Of a stretch of DNA of 64,000 nucleotides, positions 44,383 through 59,300 are shown in pieces. Origin of the DNA: Lytechinus pictus (taxonomy: Eukaryota); the NCBI RefSeq assembly GCF_037042905.1, contig NC_087247.1, positions 26,164,001 through 26,228,000 on the forward strand. Direction: 5' to 3'. The position numbers and the translations under genes are program-made. Under the pieces are notes generated by a model. It was given only the letters and a program-made list of their open reading frames with translations. It had not been told where the DNA came from and did no database searches. Each line of letters starts with the position of its first letter. Position 1 is the first letter of the stretch.

Positions 44383-47300
44383 ATGGTAAGTAAAAATCTA
44401 AGTGATTTTATGTTTGGTCTGATTGTGAAGTAAGATTATTATGTATTGTCTTAAACAGTGGCGTAATTACGGGGGGGGGGGCATGGGGGGCACGTGCCCC
44501 CCCCCCATCGACTGGGGAAAAAAAACGGGGGGAAAGGAAGAGAAACGTAGTGGGATAGAAGAAATTATTGCCATTATGATATGTTATATTATATTATATT
44601 ATATATAACATGATACATTACATAAGAAATATTTTTTCATAACTTTATGAAACATAATTTGCTCAGGGACTGAATGTGTTCATCGTTCCTGGTGCTCGCA
44701 TTGTCCGTTTAACGAGATTATAATCTTGCATTGCTGTACTAAAACATCCCGTTTTCAAGTCAATATACACATAAATATATTTCCACTTTGAGTAATCATT
44801 GTTTTATGTAGTGACATATGCTTCTTTTTCATGACTACTTAAAGTGATTGCCCCATTTTAAAGAGTTGATGTCTGAATATAAAATATTTCCAGTCCTTGC
44901 TACGTTCGCATTGGTGGATTGGTGAGATAATAATTATGTCTGCCCCTCATGAATTCCTAAAATCGTTCCTTAAAATATCCCTTTTTCTGATCTGAATATA
45001 AAAATGCTTCAGCTCGCGCTTCGCACTCGCGTCATTTGGTTAGTGAAATATGTATGGTATTAGTGAATTCCTACAAACAAGCCTTAGAATGCCCATCTTC
45101 AGGTATGAATATCCTTTAAATTTCAGCTCGATCGCGCTTCGCGCTCGCACTATTTGATTAGTGAGATGCGTATGATAATCATGATTACAATATGACTTTT
45201 AAAAATGCTTCATTATTGTGTTTAGATGTAAGTCTAATAAAATCAGCAAGCGCTTGGCAATCGCATTAGATATAGTGAGATATGTATACACTTAATAGAT
45301 TCCTAAATAATAGTCCTTAAAATGTCCCTGTTTGGATCAATATATACAAAAATTTCAGCTCGCACTTTAGCAAGACAGGTACGTATCATGATTATAAAAA
45401 TTTGCTTATAATGTCCCTATTTAGGTCTGAATATCAAACATTCTTAGCTCGCGCTTCCCGCTTGCATTATTTGATCAGTGAGATACATATCCGTTTAGTG
45501 ACACAGTCCTTTAAATGTCTTTTAGATTAGTATACCTGGCAATTGAGCGCGCTTCGTGTGCCCACTAAGTGACTCAACATTTTTGCTGGTGCCCCCCCCC
45601 CAATGCCATGACCCACGGTACGCCACTGGTCTTAAAGCAAGAGTGAGCGGATGTTACCATTGACTGTTTGCTGTCAATAATGGCATAATGAGCCTACATA
45701 ATTTGGCACCACAATTAATAAAACACAGTACAAATTAGCTTGTAGGGAAACTGAAATATTCTAAAAAGAAAGGTGCTTTTTATCTTTGCTAAAATGATTA
45801 TTGCACAATGTATGCATGGTATGTATAGAGGCGAATTACTGTATTAAAATTCAAATGGACCTGAACTATCTATTAGACTATATATATATTTAATATATAT
45901 ATATATAGTCTGCTACTTAGGAATACAATAGATCCTACTAAAAATTGGTAATAGAGTACAATTTAATAATATATCAATATTATACAATATACAATTTTCT
46001 ATTTACATTTTTATGTGAAATATTTAAATATTGAAGCGTCGAATTGGTTGATTGACATTTTACATGTTCACTCTGCCATTACGAATCACTATAGACACAA
46101 GACTTTGAATCACACACTATCAAAAAAATTGAACAAATTAATACCTACAAAATTAATAAATGGCTGACAAAGATAGGAAAGAAAATCAATGCTCTACGCT
46201 CTTTGTAATACGACACCTGAGACATTATTGATTTTTTTTGCACGCCCTAAAATAACATCCTTTTGGAACGCATTGCGTATGAGAGTGACTGATTTTTATC
46301 CTATTCATTTCCCTTCATGCGAAACTATTTTATTTGGATTATTTGAACCATTAAGTTCAGCCATTTCAGCCATGTCAGCATTTGATTTTCTTTTTTTTAC
46401 TTGGTTAATAATTCATGTTACGTTGGAAATACAAAGAGAATCGATCAGCCTAGTTTGAAACAATTTATTGTTGTTGTTGTTGTTGTTATTATTATCAATT
46501 TCAGGATTTTCCATCTGTTGAGAGGGCAGTGAATGTGTACAGAGAATGTGCTAGTGCTCCTACTCTCTCATCTGCTTCCATACAAAAGACTGGAGATTGT
46601 TTAGTTAGTGTACATTCAACATGGAGTCAGAGAGATTTGGAAAGAGAAACTACAGTCAAGTTTAGAAAGACACATATTGTGACCATAGACAGCAAAGGAC
46701 AAGTAGGAAACGTCTTTGATCCAGCGACCAGCACTGAACTTAATTCCGAGTAAGATGAATTCCTAATTTTTACCATCGTAAAGAGAAATCTTAGTCTAAG
46801 TGTAATTCAGTCTTAGGAGGTGTTGCAAGAGAATATTTGCAATCAATCGCAAATTTTCTGTTGCAATTTCAAAATCAATATATCCATTTTAGCTGTATCA
46901 AATCACTCCTTGTTTCAAGGAGCAGATTAATCAGTCACAAAGTTACAATTAATTGCAAGAAATTTGATATATTTAGGGACCGAAAATAGACTTGCGATTG
47001 ATCGCAAGTTTCTTGCAACGCCCCATTAATCTAAATTTAGTTATTCCGTTTAACTTTGGATCATTTTCATGAAAAGCTGCTGAATATGTATTTTTTCTCC
47101 TTTAAATTCTTTAGGCAACGGGTTCGATCGTCACCATCTGGAAAACTAAAGGCTGTGTTGAGGAAAGTCAAGGATAGGAAAGGAGATGAAATACAATACT
47201 TAGAGGTATCATTTTATTTTCCCTCATCACATTTATCATTAAGATCAATTATGAACAAAGTAGAAAATGTGTTTACTACAAGTAGATGCTGAAACAGTGT

Positions 47301-50300
47301 TCACCAGCAGCATTCGTGCAAATAAAGTCTCCGCTCTGGGAACTCATCATTGTATGAAATAAATCTTTGCTACCATGTTCTTTCTTTGATAATTCACGAG
47401 AAGATATATAGAAAACACGAAAAAAAAATAAAAGTCATCTATATCAACATGCTCTCGCCATTCTTGAATACGAAATCTTGATGCCATTTTTAACTTGGGT
47501 ATTTGCAGGTGTGAAACAATATTCGAAGCATTAATTAACACTGATATGCCTGCTCTTTAAGACCATAATACAATATACTATTCTACTATAGCTAGCAGGC
47601 TGTAACCTTTATTCCGAATGAAAATGACTCAGATTTCGAACAAAATTATGCGGATTCGCTATGAGTTGCAACAATAAAGCTGTAATTACACCCCTCTACT
47701 TTATCTGTAAAATGTCTCAAAAGCCAAAACTTGATGCCATTTTACATCTTGTGTTTTCAGGTGTGGAACGATATTGGAAAGATTCATAACAACAATTTGA
47801 CTGCTCTTGGTAAACATGGCAACGTGTATGATGATGGTAGGTCATATGATATAGTAATTCAATGTCCAAAACCAAAGAAACAAACATAACCTTACTGTAT
47901 ATGGAGTGAAGATAAAAATAATATTAACAGCATTGTGATCAATTGATCGTTTAATAATTCAAAAAAAAATCGAGGGGGAGGGGCACATCCGGCCCGTCCC
48001 CCCCCCCCCATTGAGAGTCATATCAAATTTATCGTGACGTAAATTGCCATCATTTGGAAGTAAAGACTTATTATCAGTCACGTTATTAGGTAAATTTAAA
48101 AATGGTGGAAGGAAAACATGGAGAAAGACAAAAAAAATGGAGCGGTGTCTGTGGTCTTGGAACTATTACTTCACTGAGAAAAGCATTGCACTAGCTTTAA
48201 TTCGTCTTGCTACCCCCCCCCCAAAAAAAAAAATAATAATGGACCATGGGATCACCTGAGATAATTAAACTGCATCTTACATATTACACTAGGAAAATTG
48301 ACATTATTCAATAAAAATATTTATATCTAATATGTACCAAAATTTATCTTTCCACAATTTCTTTTTTTTTAAATTTCCATCATGAGATGAATTTGGATGT
48401 TTGGAGTGGTCTCGAAGTGAATCTCAGCTATTGTATGTGGCAGAGAAGAAGCAACCAAAATCTGCCTCCTATTTTGACAAGTCCATTGATATGAGCTCGG
48501 ATGAGTGTTCTGAAGAGGATTCTAAAACCAGGGATACAGCAATAAAGGTGATGATTCGATATTTTTGTCAAATTTAAAATTCAAGGATACATATTATTAT
48601 TTGATCTCTTATCAGTGGACCTTATTCTCTCAAGATATACTTTTCCAATTAATTCCAAACTCACATAGTATGTTCACAGTTTGGACTATTTTAAGATTTT
48701 ATTTACAGTATAGTATGCACAGAAACAACAACAACAACAGCCAATCAAAGTCCATGTTTCATGGTATTAAAAATATTTTCAAATATAAATTTATATGGTG
48801 AAAGAACCCATGAACCTAATTTTTTTCTACTTCTTCTTCTTTTCTTTCTTTCTTTTATTCTTTCTTTCTTTCTTTCTTTCTTTCTTTAAATAAATAAATA
48901 AACAAATTAATAAATAAATAAATCTGCCATCAGTTGATCCAATTTTTTGCTCACAGGCATAATCAAGTTCTATCTACTCTGTCTACTACAGGGAGACCAG
49001 TTTCTCTACCGCCAAGATTGGGGTGAGATGTTAGTTGGAAAGCATTCTCCAGTTCCTTGCATCTTGAACCTTCAGACTGGTCAAGTGACCATGCCAGAGG
49101 GTCTGCCCAAGGATGTCTCTATCGGTCAAGCAGTCTGGACTCCTGATGATAGCGGGATAGTGTTCGTTGGATGGGAGAACGAGCCCTATAGACTAGGAAT
49201 GGTCTATTGTGCAAATAGAAGGTATATAGAGCAATCACTCCTATTGGCTATTTAAGACAAGAATTCGTAATTTCAAAATTACTTTCTTCAATTATTCAGT
49301 TGCAATATCTATTTAATAAGGGGACATTCACCCTGAGGAAAGTTTGTTGTAGATATCAGAAAATGTATAAATAAATACCGGTGAAGGTGTGAGCAAAGCC
49401 CATCAAAGATTAAGATAGTTATTAATGTTTTTTTAGGTATTTGATTTGTGACGTCATACACGAGCAGGTGCCCCATGTGTTATATAATATAAAATGCATA
49501 AATTGCAATTTTTTAATGGTTCATGATGATTATACATTTTTTCTTTCAGAAGCGGGTGCAAAAAAAAATGTTGATATACTAAAGGTATAATAAAAACAAT
49601 TTTCAATTTGTTGAAAAAATGACATCTCATTGGCTTTTTACTTCACAAAATAAATTGTGAAGAAACTGATCACATATGACGTCAAAAAACTCTCATAACT
49701 TTTTAAATCTTTGATTTATTTTCCTGAAACCTTAACCAATATTTTTATTTGTATTTTTCTGCTATTTTACAATGAACTTTTCTTTAGGGTGAACTCCCCC
49801 TTGAAGTCAGAGAGCAAGAATATTATAAATCAGTTATTGTAAGCATGGACACTAGTGTATTCTCCTGAGATTATCACAGTTTTATAATAGAACTTGGGAT
49901 TTAATCATTCCGCTGACACTGTATTATGTTTGCGTGTGATGACCATTGGGATATTGAAACATTTCCTGTCAAGAATATTCGATTTATTGATTGATTTTAC
50001 TCATGGCTAAACAAATCCAACAACTTTGCCATACAAACTATGCTTTGTTTATATTCATCATCACCCGCTATTTTGACCATTATGTAAATTGATGGCCAAC
50101 TTTGGTTAAAGAAAAACGGCTTTGTAAAATGTAATGACTTTGAACGACTGGTATTTACTAAATTCACTCAACAGGAGTTCCATTTATCATCTGGATCTGT
50201 CAAGTAAAATCTGCAGTAAGTATTACATGAACATCATGTTGTTTATAGAAAGTATAGAAGACGGAAGAATCTCTCTCTACGCATGCTCAAATAAAGATAA

Positions 50301-53300
50301 ATAGGGGGGCTGATCTCGCGCAGATCATAAAATAATGGTGAAAATATTTCGCCCTTTTTTACCTTTCGTCTTGTTTTTAAAAGCTTAACATTATTACATA
50401 AAAAATAACATATCTGGATTTTTATACGAATTTAAGTCAATGAACTGTCCCTCAAGGCTCTATTTTATTACCAATCGTATTTTTCAGAATGGATACCAAC
50501 GATATTGCGGCCCTGTCAACCTTTGTTGATTGTCATTGTTTTAATTTGCAGATGCCGTCAGCGCCACAGACGAGTCTGTTAGGTCACCAAGTTTTAGCCC
50601 AGATGGTTCTAAACTGATATATCTTCAAAATTCTTGTCATGGACCTCCCATGAAATGTGCCCAATTAAAAGTGGTAAAGCTGTTCATGGACTTACTATTT
50701 CAACCCTTTTAACTCGTATAAAAATGTGCATTGGTATTGAATTATCAAACAGGTAAAAGGAATCTTTGACTTCACGGTGAAAAAAAAAGAGTCTACGTAG
50801 AATGTAAACCTAGGAGACTTTTCTTGATATCTGTGTCCATTGCCAGGATTTAGAAAGGATCAAAGCAGTAAAATATCCTGTTGTAAAAGAAATAATTTGA
50901 TAAACAATGCAATTTCTAGTTAAAAAATGTCCGGTCATCCTGATGGTACATCTTCTTGAAAAACTGCTGTAAAGAATTGTGATTGTAAATGGTTATTATC
51001 AACGTATTTGAGCCCAAAAATATAGAAATTAAACGAAAATTGAAATACAGAGTCCGCTGGAAAAAAACTTCCTTTCATACATACCTTCTACATTTGACTC
51101 ACCCTGGGGTCACCAAGGCTGGTAAAATGTACGTCCGAGATCGGCCTTGAACCCATCCTTTATGATACAAAGTTCTGCATGCATTTCTTTTACAGTATAT
51201 ATTTCCTTTTCTGTATTTTTTCCATGCAGTGTGAGTGGGAGAGTAAGGAGACACATGTTGCAGTCGATATAGTCCAATGCCCCACAGGTATTAAAGAAAT
51301 TGTCAGTTTGAAGAATGTGTTGTTGAGTAAAGATTATAATACATCTCTTTGGTTGTTTTCTTATTCATTATCTCCCATATTCGACTTCGCTATATTCGGT
51401 GGCAATAGATCCACAACTCCCCGAAATTAAAACAATATCACGCAATTTGCTTTTGTGACCAAATGAGCATTTTTGCATCACCAAAATTTACAGAAAATTA
51501 GGAAATTTCGGAAAATTATCCTCTTTTGGATGCTTGTAAATAGATTGTAAACTTATGATATATATTTTGTGGGTTTTTTTGTCTAAAACAGAAGAAAGTC
51601 CCTTTCCTGGTTTATACATTGGTCGTTTTCAGCCGCAATGTTGGTTGGATAATACGACTATTCTTGCCAGTACTCCATGGAGAAGTAGCCGGGTAAGTCC
51701 TACATTTTTATATTTCAGTCTCTTTTTCATTCATCACCAAATCGAGTGGGAATGTATTTTAAGATACAAAGGAATATGAAAATGCACTCTTTTCAGACCG
51801 CCTTTTTGTCGTATTTTTCTTCCGAATTAGTTATGCTCTGCGACTCTACGACACTCTTAAAAAGTATTGGTCAAAATAACCAATGTGGTGCCTATATCCT
51901 ACCGACAAAATGGTCAAAATTAACCAATTCTTTAATTACAATCTACCAGATTTTTTGTCGATATGGCCTTGTGAGCATTTTTATTAGAAAGGACGCATGT
52001 ATGTTCACCAAAAGATCAGTTACTTTGATCAGTCTTTTATAAAAGTGTTTCACATCTACCATAGATATCATTGAGCAAATCCGGAGGGGAAATGGGAATA
52101 AATATAGTGCCTAATAAAAAGATGAATGGTCCAAAATAACGTTTTGAGTGGGAAAACCTTAGCTCAGCCGGTAATTTTTTAGAAAGAGAAAGAGGGAATG
52201 TAAGGAACAAAAGAAAGAAAGAAAAGAAAAAATAAAGAAAGTAAGAAAAAAAAAGGGGGGAGGAGGAGAAGAAGAAGAACAACAACAAATTTAACCCAAA
52301 ATCTTGGGGTGGGGAAATTTCAGGAGGACTGACGCCCAGGAGTGCCTTTTCAATCCCTTGCCAAAACGAACTTATCGTCCTTTTTTCACAACTCTCCATT
52401 CTTCAATCATGTTATTTTCTTTTGTAGGCAATCATTTCAATAAACATCTGTACAGGGGAAGTTATAAGACTTACTGACTGCTCAGAATATGGGAGTTGGC
52501 TTTTCTGTGACATCAAAGAGAGAATGATTCTAGCATACAGATCGTCACCAACTAATTCAGGTCAACTGGTAAGAAAATATTTTTCATATTTCACATTTAT
52601 AATATATCTTATTTCATTCGCACTTTTAAGGCTTATTTCAAATTTTTGTAAATTTGAATTAAATTATTTTAATTCAGTTTATCTTAGAAATTGTGAAATA
52701 ATTTAGAAGTAAAGAATGAAGAGCAAATAATTATTCAGATTAAGTATTTCAAGATTTTAAAAGACATCTCCAATGAGAACTTTAAGTGCATGTTAGCATT
52801 GTGAAACTTTTCTGGTTGGTTTTGTAAATATCACATTTATTATACAATCTTTCATATTTTGTTTATATCTGAATTTGTTTTATTGAGTGGATCATGAATC
52901 TCTGATGTACAATTATCTGTGAAACTTAGAAACAAGAATAAAGCTACTCTGAGTAAACTTAATATCTCTCTCGTATTTTATGAAAATGTATTATAATAGG
53001 AATTCAATATTATTTTATAAAACAAATAATTTTGTATCTTCGAACAAATGCAAAAATGACTAATTTCCATTAAACTCATTCAAATTAATGCTAAATCTAT
53101 CGCTCTGTTGAACATTTTATTTGCGTTTAAATATTTTTTTTTAATTATTTTTCTTATTCCTTTCATAGAAAGATTTTATTCAAAATCAAACACAAAAACC
53201 CCCGAATTTATTAATTCCACAGAAATATCAAGAAGCAAACATGCTTACAACAGCTGTACAGGCGTACATTTTTCTAATGATGAAACCAACTTCTGATATA

Positions 53301-56300
53301 TTTTTTACTAAGAACCCGCTCAATTGCATGTTTCGATACATTTTTAAAAGAACTGAAATATGCCTTTTCTTTTACAACGTGTCGAGAATATAAAATATTT
53401 AGCGTGTAAAATAAAACGATTTACATTATATTGAGCATCTGGGCAACCAAACAAAAACAAATTCTTATTTAAATTCATGCAATTATTACCAAAAAAAAAG
53501 AAATTTGGAAGTTCTGAATATATTGGTGAGATCTTATTGGTATTATTATGTGATAGCAGGTAGAAGAGCATTATTATATTGTTTGTGTGTGTGTGTGTTT
53601 TCATTATTAATTCATGTTACATTATTTTTGAAATTATTTTGAAAAAGCAAATAAAAATGTGGTGTTAATCGCTTTATATAGAGGACTACACCAATAATTT
53701 TGCTCTGGAGTTGAGTTTACAGTGTTAGTACAACACCTACATGGGCATCATTACAGCGCCTTTGGTTGTTACTTAACAATCTTTGGTGTCAAGTCCAAAC
53801 TTCTAGGGCGTAATTTAAAGACATCAAGGTGTGTTCCTCTATAGGGACATCAAAGGGTGTCTGTTTTAACACCTTTTACAATCTTAGAAAAAAGGGTGCC
53901 GGTATGAACTTTTCTTTGTCCCGTATTTGGAACCTTAAAAGGTTCTCCAAAGAAACATAAAAGTCCTTTATACTGTATAACCATTTTGGGGGCTCTACAA
54001 GAAACCGTTTAATGTTCTTTAGATTAACAACATAGCTTTTCAATAACCCTATTAGAATTGGTGAGGTTTCTCACACCATCAGGAGCCCTATAAGATGTAT
54101 AAAGGGCATACATTCGTAATTCCGAAGCTTCGTTATTCCGAAGGTTCGGATATTCCGAAGGTTCGTTATTCCGAAGGTTCGTATTTCCGAAGGTTCGTAA
54201 TTCCGAAGGTTCGTTAGTCCGAAAACGAAATGAGGTGCGTAATTCCGAAGGTTCGTTAGTCCGAAAACGACGTGAGGTTCGTAATTCCGAATGTTCGTTA
54301 ATCCGAAAACGAAATGAGGTTCGTAATTCCGAAGGTTCGTTAGTCCGAAAACGAAATCATTAACGAACCTTATTTCGTTTTCGGACTAACGAACCTTCGG
54401 AACAACGAACCTTATTTCGTTTTCGGATGAACGAAACTTCGGAATATCGAACCTCATTTCGTATTCGGATTATCGAACCTTCGGAATAACGAACCTTCGG
54501 AATAACGCCACAAATGTTCGGATTAACGAACCCTTTTACGTTTTCGGATTAACGAACATCGAGGTATAGGCAATTCACGTGTTTCGGAAATACGAACCTT
54601 CGGAAATACGAACCTTCGGAATTATGAAGTGTAACCGTAACCTTAAAAGTTCCTTATACATGTAGAACCGAAAACGGCTCTAAAAAAAACTGTTAATTCT
54701 TTTCCATTTCTTTGAAGAAGGTTCCAAGGACGGGACAAGGTTCTAAAATTTCTAAGAGTGTGCAATGAATAATGATTTTTTTTTAAATTTAATTTTACTT
54801 ATTTGCATCAGGTAGTTGGTATTATACCTGAGGAGGGTGATATTTCAGACATCAGATGGACCCCATTGAACAAACCTAGTCTGACCTTGCCTGACGTATC
54901 ATGGTCTGTTATTACTCTCAAACCTGAGCCTCAGCAAGGTTGGTATGATTAAATATAATATGACTGTAATATGCTAATAATTATAAATATTATTGTGATC
55001 ATAAATTGCGATGATGGTGATGACAATAATATTAGTGGTGACAATTTACCATTATCATTTTATCATTATTATATTATTTTATCAACATTACTATCAATCT
55101 TATTTGTTATTGTCATTGATATAACCAATAGTGATACAAATATTTTATTTATCATTATCACCATTATTCTCCTTCTTCCTCTTCTTACTATTATCATTAT
55201 TATTATCAATATCATTAATTTTGTTGTTGTGCTGCTGCTTTTGCTGTTATCACGTTGAAGTCCGATGGTTGTTATATTTATGGTTTGGAGGCGAACAACA
55301 AATACAAATCACAAACTCTATATATTTCTTATTCTTCAAGTTTGTGCATCACTCAGTGATTGCTGGCTATATCCATGATATTAGGTACCAAACTGGTATA
55401 AATATCCCTTAATCTATAATGTTTTCGTTTCATTTGATTTATCATTTTTAGGAAGCAATATTGATTTTGAAACCATCATCTTGAAACCAACTAGAGATTC
55501 ACTCAGACCAGAGAGGAAGCTTCCTCTCTTAGTGATGCCCCATGGTATGAAGTCATAATTTTTATCATCAAATAAAAAAAATAACAAAAGAAGATAAGCC
55601 CTATTGTAACCTGGGTCCCGTCTTACATAGAGTTGTGATTGATCCGATCAATCTCATATGGATGACCATCAATGTCATAGTTTTCCCAAAGAAAAAACTG
55701 GCAGGGTGTCCGTTTGTAAACAAAGAGGAACATACTGAATTGTCTAGATAATAATAATACTGTAGTTTTTTTTTTACATAATAATATGTTGAACAAACAT
55801 GCAGTTTATATGTTGACGTTGCTGGCTTTCCATATAGTTGTCACGGTGGTTGATAGGATCAATCATATATCGTTGTAAGAGGGTAATCCAGAACTGCTTT
55901 CGGCGGGTTTTAATCTCGGGATCGCGTGTCTCCTCCTCATCCTCTGGCCCAAATTTGGCAATTTCATTGAAAGAGCAAAGCGAGACTAAAGGCGCCACTT
56001 TCCCGACTGCGGTTGGGGCTGGCGAAAGCTGGATACGCCCCTGGAAGTACGAAGCCGAACATAGATACGGAACTGATCAGTAGAAAGGTCCCCTTGTTAT
56101 AACTCAACCCCCTCTCTATAAAAGAAACCCTAGCTAAGGGCCTGAGATCAAATGCCTTGAAGGCTAATAGGAATTTATCCCTCTCAGAACCTTTTTCTAT
56201 TTGGAGTAACATCTAAAGGGTATTATTGATTCTATTATATAACACTATCGAAACAACCAACAATGGGGCCCGTATGTCTTCGAATTCGTCTCAAAATTGA

Positions 56301-59300
56301 GTGAAAGAGGTCGAATTACTTCCATTACTTCTCAATAAGTGAATCTAGGTAGAATGATGGACACATCAATCCATTTTTTAAAAACATGACTGTGTAGAAA
56401 CATCTCGGTTGGAAATCCTGTATTCATTTTCTTTATGTACATTTTCTCTCTTAATCTTCGCAGGGGGTCCTCATTCAATATTCTGTGCAGATTATCTCAT
56501 GTTTGCTGGAGCGTTCTGTCGACTTGGATTCGTTGTCACTTGTGGTAATTTGTTATAGCGTATTATACAGTTAAATATCTTATTTTGGATTATAAAGAGT
56601 TCAGATTAATATTTGCATTTCGATAGTCTGCAAAAAGGAAAAGAGAAAAATAATCTAATCTACTAATGACCATATCCTATATTTTTATATTTCTTTAATC
56701 TCATTTTGATCGAATTATCTATTTTAAAATTCTAATTTATGTATCAATATATTCACTTGCTTGTTAATTCGTGCATCTTTCGCTCTGTCTACTTATGGTT
56801 CTTTTTGTAAAAAATATGATAAAAAATAATGCTACGATTGTACTCGTAAGAAACTCCCTGAAAATACTCTACATAATACTGATATAAAAGTGGGCTTGAT
56901 AAAAATCTACACTTTTCAAAATCTGCCATAATTACATATAAATACGAAAAGTGTCTTCTTCAGACATTAAGAGACGTCGTTATGTTCTCGTCTATTCATG
57001 CTATAAATATACAAGTGTTATCAACAACTTATAGCGAACACTATAGCACTATTTTGTCAAGAGCGTAAAAATTGCCATAATTGAAAGCAGTTGGGAAAAC
57101 AAATCAACACTTATAATTGTCTAAATACTTTTAATTAAATCAATTCCTCTATTGTCTTATACATATGTTCAATTAATTATATTAGAATGTTTTTTACAAT
57201 TGTTTTACAAAACAGTTACAGTTTTAGATCTCCTCCAAAAAGTATTGACATTCAATAATTTCAATGGTTGTATTTGCTAATGCTTAGCGACAAAAATAAC
57301 ATTTACTGGTTGGCAAATAAATGCAATGATGTGACATATGAAGAAACCATTAGAAACATAACTTGTCGAACATATAGCTTGTGGAGAAGTAAGTTCCTAT
57401 TTTGAAAATCAGCTTAGAAAAAAATAGAACGCGAGTGGTATATTAGCTTCGAAGCAAATTATAACGTGCACTCGTGTCATGAATAACCATTTTAAAAATA
57501 TATTTTATGTGAATGTATCATGCTCACTTTTTGCTTTATTATTATTATTATTATTACTCTTTTGCAGTCAATTTCCGAGGTTCATTAGGTTTTGGACAAG
57601 CTTCCATCTATTCGATTCCTGGCCATTTAGGAACAAATGACGTACAAGATGTTCAGGTACGATAAATTTTGATATTTTTCATTCTGGCGGGTATATGCGA
57701 CATAGTAGGCCTAAACGATAGTAGGGCCTAATAATGAATGGGATTTTTGTTTTGTAGGACCATACCGTCTGCACTATTTTGACGTTATAATATACTGCAA
57801 ACCAAAATGTACCTCATTTGGATGACATATTTAATGATGAAGTATTTGCCCCCCAGAGCAAATATTACACTGCTAAAGAATTTATTTCAGCTTTTAATAC
57901 TAAAAATCGAAACGATAAACCAAATCACTTTAGCTTAATGCACATAAACATTCGAAGCTTACAAAAGAACTTTGAAACTTTCAGTGAATTCTTAAATGTA
58001 TTGAATAAATTTCCATTCTCTATTATAGGTATGACCGAGACGTGGTTACACTCAACAACCCCTCCCATATTCAAAATTGATAATTATACATTTAACCATA
58101 TAGATCGTAAACAAGGTAAGGGAGGTGGGGTCGCTTTTTATATTCACAATGATATGCATTATAAAATAAGGGACGATATTCAACTTGACGGGTTAGAAAC
58201 TTTATTCATAGAAATTATCGATGATAAACATAAAAATAAAATAGTCGGTGTAATATATAGGCCACCAAACAGCGTTGTTGATATATTCCTAGATAGATTA
58301 GAATTATGTCTCGAAACTGTATCTCGTGAAAATAAGGACATCTACATCATGGGCGATTTTAATATAGATCTCTCAATACCTTATACTGCCCTCGGCCAAC
58401 ACATGATCACTTTGATGTCATCATTTTCTTTTAAACCTCTCATTGATAAACCTACGAGGATAACAAATGCGACACATACAATTATTGACAATATTTTTAC
58501 AAATGTATTTAATACCAATAATAATGGAATAATATATTATGATATCTCTGATCATTTACCTATTTTCACGATATGTTCAAGCACCTATCGCTTACATAAA
58601 CAATGCAACACAGAACACACTACTCGACGAAAAGAGACCAAGCGCAACATAGATTCCCTAAAAACAGACCTGTTTACAGAAACATGGCAAGATGTTTTTC
58701 AAGAGCAGGATGTTAACAATTCATATGAAATATTCATAAACAAACTTCTTCATTATTACAACAAAAACGTACCTTTGACAAAAATAACTTCAAACAAAAA
58801 GAAGAATAAACAACCATGGATCACTCAAGGAATAATTAAATCTATATTTACTCGTAATAGATTGTATAAGATATCACTTAAATCACCTACAATAGAACAT
58901 CAAAATAAATACAAAAAATATCGTAATAAATTAACATCTGTAATCCGTTTAGCACGAAAATCTTACTTCTCAGACAAAATTGAAAACAATAAAGACAATA
59001 ACAAAACTTTATGGCATACAATAAATGACATTCTAGGTAAGAAAAAAGATGATCGAGACAATGATGAATTTTTAGAAAATGGTGACCACATCAGAGACCC
59101 CAGTGTTATTGCAAACGCATTCAATTCATTTTTTACTAATGTTGGTCCAAACCTAGCTTCGAAAATTGTTACCAATGACCATGATTTTTCACAATATTTA
59201 GATAACCATAACGAACACTCCTTATTTTTCAACCCTACAAATATTCAGGAAATGTTAGAAATTGTTCGATCCTTAAAACCCAGCAAATCATGTGGCCATG

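Noticed and set aside
54108-54637. Regular short repeats resembling a CRISPR array
   Set aside because: There are no unique spacers, the units are contiguous and invert midway, the context is a eukaryotic intron, and no cas genes are present.
54971-55412. Hydrophobic Ile/Leu-rich ORFs resembling membrane proteins
   Set aside because: They are translations of an (ATT)n-derived tract.
57758-57817. Possible APEH-LINE ORF2 fusion through the acceptor at 57757, which is in frame with ORF2
   Set aside because: An in-frame TAA at 57788-57790 precedes the LINE ORF.
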